NCBI GenBank assembly: GCA_043228905.1
Contig: JBHGNT010000009.1
Location: 8,432,001-8,496,000 of the forward strand
Direction of reading: 5' to 3'
Origin: Azolla caroliniana
Lineage: Eukaryota; Plantae; Polypodiophyta
DNA length: 64,000 nt
The first letter of the stretch is position 1. Each line of letters opens with the position of its first letter. The translations under genes were made by a program, and so were the position numbers. The notes beneath the pieces are model-generated. The model saw only the letters and a program-made list of their open reading frames with translations. It did no database searches and had not been told where the DNA came from. Below, one piece after another: positions 60,469 to 64,000 of the stretch.

Positions 60469-63400
60469 GGTTTAGGGTTTAGATCAATGGGGGATTTTTT
60501 GGGGATAAAAGAAAGCTTTGTACTTTAAATCAAAATTAATATTAACTAGTCGCCGAACGCCGGTTGGCCGGATGCCGCTGGTTACCGGTGGCTACCGCCT
60601 CGCCGACGGATGCCGCCGGTTATCGGTGGCCGCCGCCTCACCGGTGCACCGCGGGATGTCGGTTCAACAAGCTTGCTGGCTCCATCGGATCACCGGTTTC
60701 CGGTGTGCCACCGTCGCTTTGCCAGCTGCCGCCGGAGCACCGGCTCCATCGCCGGACCGGTTTTGGTTGGCCAAAACCTTTATGAGTGCTAGGCCACCTC
60801 CACTCTTAGTTCAAGTTACCTTGAACTCTCTATGCTCCACACATAGACACAAAGATAATAGCTTTTCCTCTACCTTATATATGATGAGAGCCGTATTTGT
60901 CATGCCTATGTGGGATATCTCACAGTTTTCTCTTTTCCTTTCACAAACTTTATACCCTCATATCTTGACATCTAGTTGTCCGTTTCTCGTGTAATAAAGT
61001 GCATTCGAAAGCTCTTGAAGGCCTCCATCATTTTGCACTTAGATATTAAACTTATTTAAAATGTTATCTTCACTATTATTGTTTTATGTGATTCATACTC
61101 GATTTTGTATGTTTTATGTGATTTTCACACCATTGCCGAAAATCTTCACGACATCCACCCCCACCAAACCGCACGTCCTCCGGTACGTGCCAAGAAGAGA
61201 GAAAGTGAGATTTCGGCAATGGTGATTAGCATGACTCCTCCACGTCGAGCATGTCCTTTCATTTGCACTCGAATCATGGTTGCTAGCCAATCCACCATAT
61301 CATTCGTCTTTTCTTTGCTTTACCATGACTTGTTGTCATGGCCCGTTGCTCCCTTCTTGAGTGCTCCCTTCCTGAGGATAATCGTTTAAGTCTCATAAAT
61401 GTCTCAATCGTCTCCTTGCTCAAGGAACTTGGACTCATTCATAGTAGTGTCTTTGATAGATGTTTTGATCACATCCGTCAAATCCTCATGGCTCGCTTGG
61501 CCATCGCCATCCCTTGCCATATTTTGCACAAATTCTTCGTTGCACGCATCAACTTTAACCCTTCTTCCCCGTCATTATCCTTCTCTTGGGTCTTACATCG
61601 GTTAAAGCCCAAGTCTCCGGAAAGAGTGTGGAGGGACCCATACATTTCCATCGTTTGCCTTTTTCGTGCCGCACTTAGCCATTTCCATCTTAATGTTTCT
61701 TGAATCAGCATTGATCTTTGCCTCCTTGCCGTCGTTGCGCGAATTAGCATTGACCTTTTCTTCCTCGCTGCCAGCTTTCGGCTTTTGCCGCATGTATTAG
61801 TTTCAGCCTTCGGTTCTTCGCCATCACCTCCCATCTCTTGGGTCTTACATCGGTTCTCAGACGCAATTGCCCAAGTCTCTGGAAAGAGTGTGGAGGAAAT
61901 TTGGCCGTCGTCATTGTTTGTACTATCTTTGTCCTTCTCTTCCTTTTTGCCACCATCCTTCTCTCCGGTCTCACGTTGGTTCTCGGACACAACCGCCAAA
62001 GTCTCTAGAATTAGTGGGCCGGATTCCTTAGTATTACCTTCCTCCGTCTCTCCTCCATCTTCCGTCTCTTCGGTCTCACGTTGCCTTTCGATCGCAACTG
62101 TTGAAGTCTCTGGAGTTAGCAATGGGAAAGTCTCAACAGGACCAATCGCCATTGACTCGTTCATAGCCCTCTCCGACTCGATGTCGTTTTTCGTGGCTAT
62201 CTCTTCAATCTCATGCCCTCGCTTGATCTTCCCATCCGCTTCCGGATTGTAGGCAGTCGCGAGGGAGAGCTTCACGCCTAGTCGTTCGAAGAGCTCTGTC
62301 GCTTCGTTCGCATCCAACTCCCCTCGGTCGGCCACTATCTTCCCCACACATCCGTATCGGCAAACAACCTCTTCAAGCAGAAATTTGCAAATGGCTGAAG
62401 TCGTGTTATTTGTCAAGGCTCGTCCTTCCACTTGATTTGTCAAGTCTTCTCTTGCGAGCACTAAGTACTTCATTTGTCCCACTCCCATTGGCATCGAGAC
62501 TAGATCCACCATCCATTTGAAGTGTATGGTGAGTGGGTATGTTGGCTGTAACTCATCATGATGACGTATATTTGAATATATTTGGCAAGTTTTGCATGTG
62601 GACACGAAATGGAGTACATCTTTGTACATGCTTGGCCACCAGTACTTCTCCTTCAACTTTTCGAACATAGCCCATGTTCCTCTATGACTTGCCCAAGCAC
62701 TCTCCTGGAATTCGGTCATCAGCGTCTCTTGCTCTTCTTTCTTCACCACCACTCGACGTGGTATTCCTGTCCTTCTTTTTGGATGTCGCCAAAGGAATCC
62801 TCCCTTCAAGAAGTATCAGTAAGCTTTCTTCCCGACTCGTAGGGCCTCCTCCTTTGTCAACGAAGCATCTGTCGTCAATGTTCTTAGGAATCTACTGATT
62901 AGTAACCACTCTCCTTCATACTTGTTCTCGTTGAAGGCGTGGAGGGTTTGCGTGTCCTGGTCTTCCGCCGACAATCGAGCCATCTTGAAGAAGTCGAGGG
63001 CGACATCTGTTAGGAAACAGGTCCCTCCGAATGGGAAGGGAGAAGAACAGTGTTGATGAGCAAACTCGGCCGAGGCCGATAGGCCTCGCCCGAAACCGGA
63101 TGAGGAGTACCCGGCTACGGAGAGTCGGATAGCGTAGACCCGGTGAGAACCGGATGAGGAGTACCCGGCTACGGAGAGCCGGATGGTGCAGACCCGGTGA
63201 GAACCGGATGACGAGTGCCCGACAAGATCCGGATGATGCAGGCCCGGTGAGGAGCGCTCTTCGGATGAAGAGACATACTCGTAAATATGTTTCTGAGAGT
63301 CCATCGTGGCTATATTTGTAAATAGCCGAAAAGTCATATTAGTATAAATATGACTTAGGGCAAACTTTTTGATGTTAGTTTTTTTTTGTTGTTGTCATTC

Positions 63401-64000
63401 TTGTTGGTGCAAGAAGAGAGAGCGCGTAACAGTGTACAGAGAGTGAGAGAGAGGAAGAGGTCGGTGCCTCTGTTGTAACCGCTGCCTGTGGCGAAGGTCA
63501 TGAGCGCGAGGTCGTTGCCTCCGTGAGCTCACTGTTGTAATCATTGTGATATAGTGATAGTTTGGAGTCTGTGGACTCCCGTGGTTTTTCCCTCTCAGGG
63601 TTTTCCACGTTAAACATCCTGTGTACTTTTCTCTCCTTTGTGTCGTGTATTTTCGTTTCCCGTTTTCTGCGTATGATTCTAAGCTCGGTTGTGGCCAAGC
63701 ATTGCGCATAGGGAGTGTGCAGTTCTTGTCAACATCTTCATCTTCCGAAACCATGTCACTTCCATTTGAAAATCTTGCCCTCGACAACATGTCAGCCATG
63801 GCGTTCTTCTTCCCTGCAATGTGACGGATCTCTGGGTTTAAAGACTTGATGTAGGCGATCCACCTTAGCATAGTAAGATCTGGGGTCGCACATCCCGAGA
63901 CCGTTCCGAGAATTGGGAGACAATCTGTCTCTATTATCACTTCCGACCCGATCAGGTAATCTTTGTCCATCTTCACTGCCGACACAATACCCCAAAGTTC
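60469..64000 (-). mobile_element. Gypsy derivative K (J lineage): RNase H/integrase remnants, repeat-rich tail, PPT, and a 3' LTR starting at 61153
   Basis: IETDCLPILG, HRGTWAMFEKLKEKYWWP, AYNPEADG; minus strand GGTGGGGGTGGA followed by TGTCGTGAAG; the far LTR end is unclear. Confidence 0.8.
63008..63731 (+). mobile_element. Solo LTR (related to G) inserted in Gypsy K
   Basis: TGTTAGG...TTGTCA; TSD ACATC; carries 2-3 of the 54-bp units. Confidence 0.93.

Overview
Repeat-dense plant nuclear DNA, most likely from a non-seed land plant (inferred from the TE types; species cannot be assigned). One clear host gene, an intronless 3-ketoacyl-CoA synthase (19183-20760), sits between two clusters of nested retrotransposons. 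Left cluster: Gypsy A inside Gypsy derivative B inside decayed Copia C, plus solo LTRs, Copia remnant D and an L1-type LINE. Right cluster: Copia E (carrying a solo LTR with 8 x 54-bp repeats), Tork/Tnt1-like Copia F, uninterrupted Copia G inside Copia H inside a LINE, Gypsy J inside Copia I, and Gypsy derivative K. Main observations: (1) every LTR element with a readable 3' junction, Copia or Gypsy, has its polypurine tract in the loop of a stem formed with the start of U3, using different sequences in each lineage; (2) tRNA-Trp-primed Gypsy elements and their relative B sit at 4-bp CpG-centred sites; (3) about 1.7 kb with no CpG over the KCS promoter and 5' CDS switches abruptly to a CpG-dense 3' end; (4) a LINE ends in poly(T). 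All coordinates and counts were read by eye.
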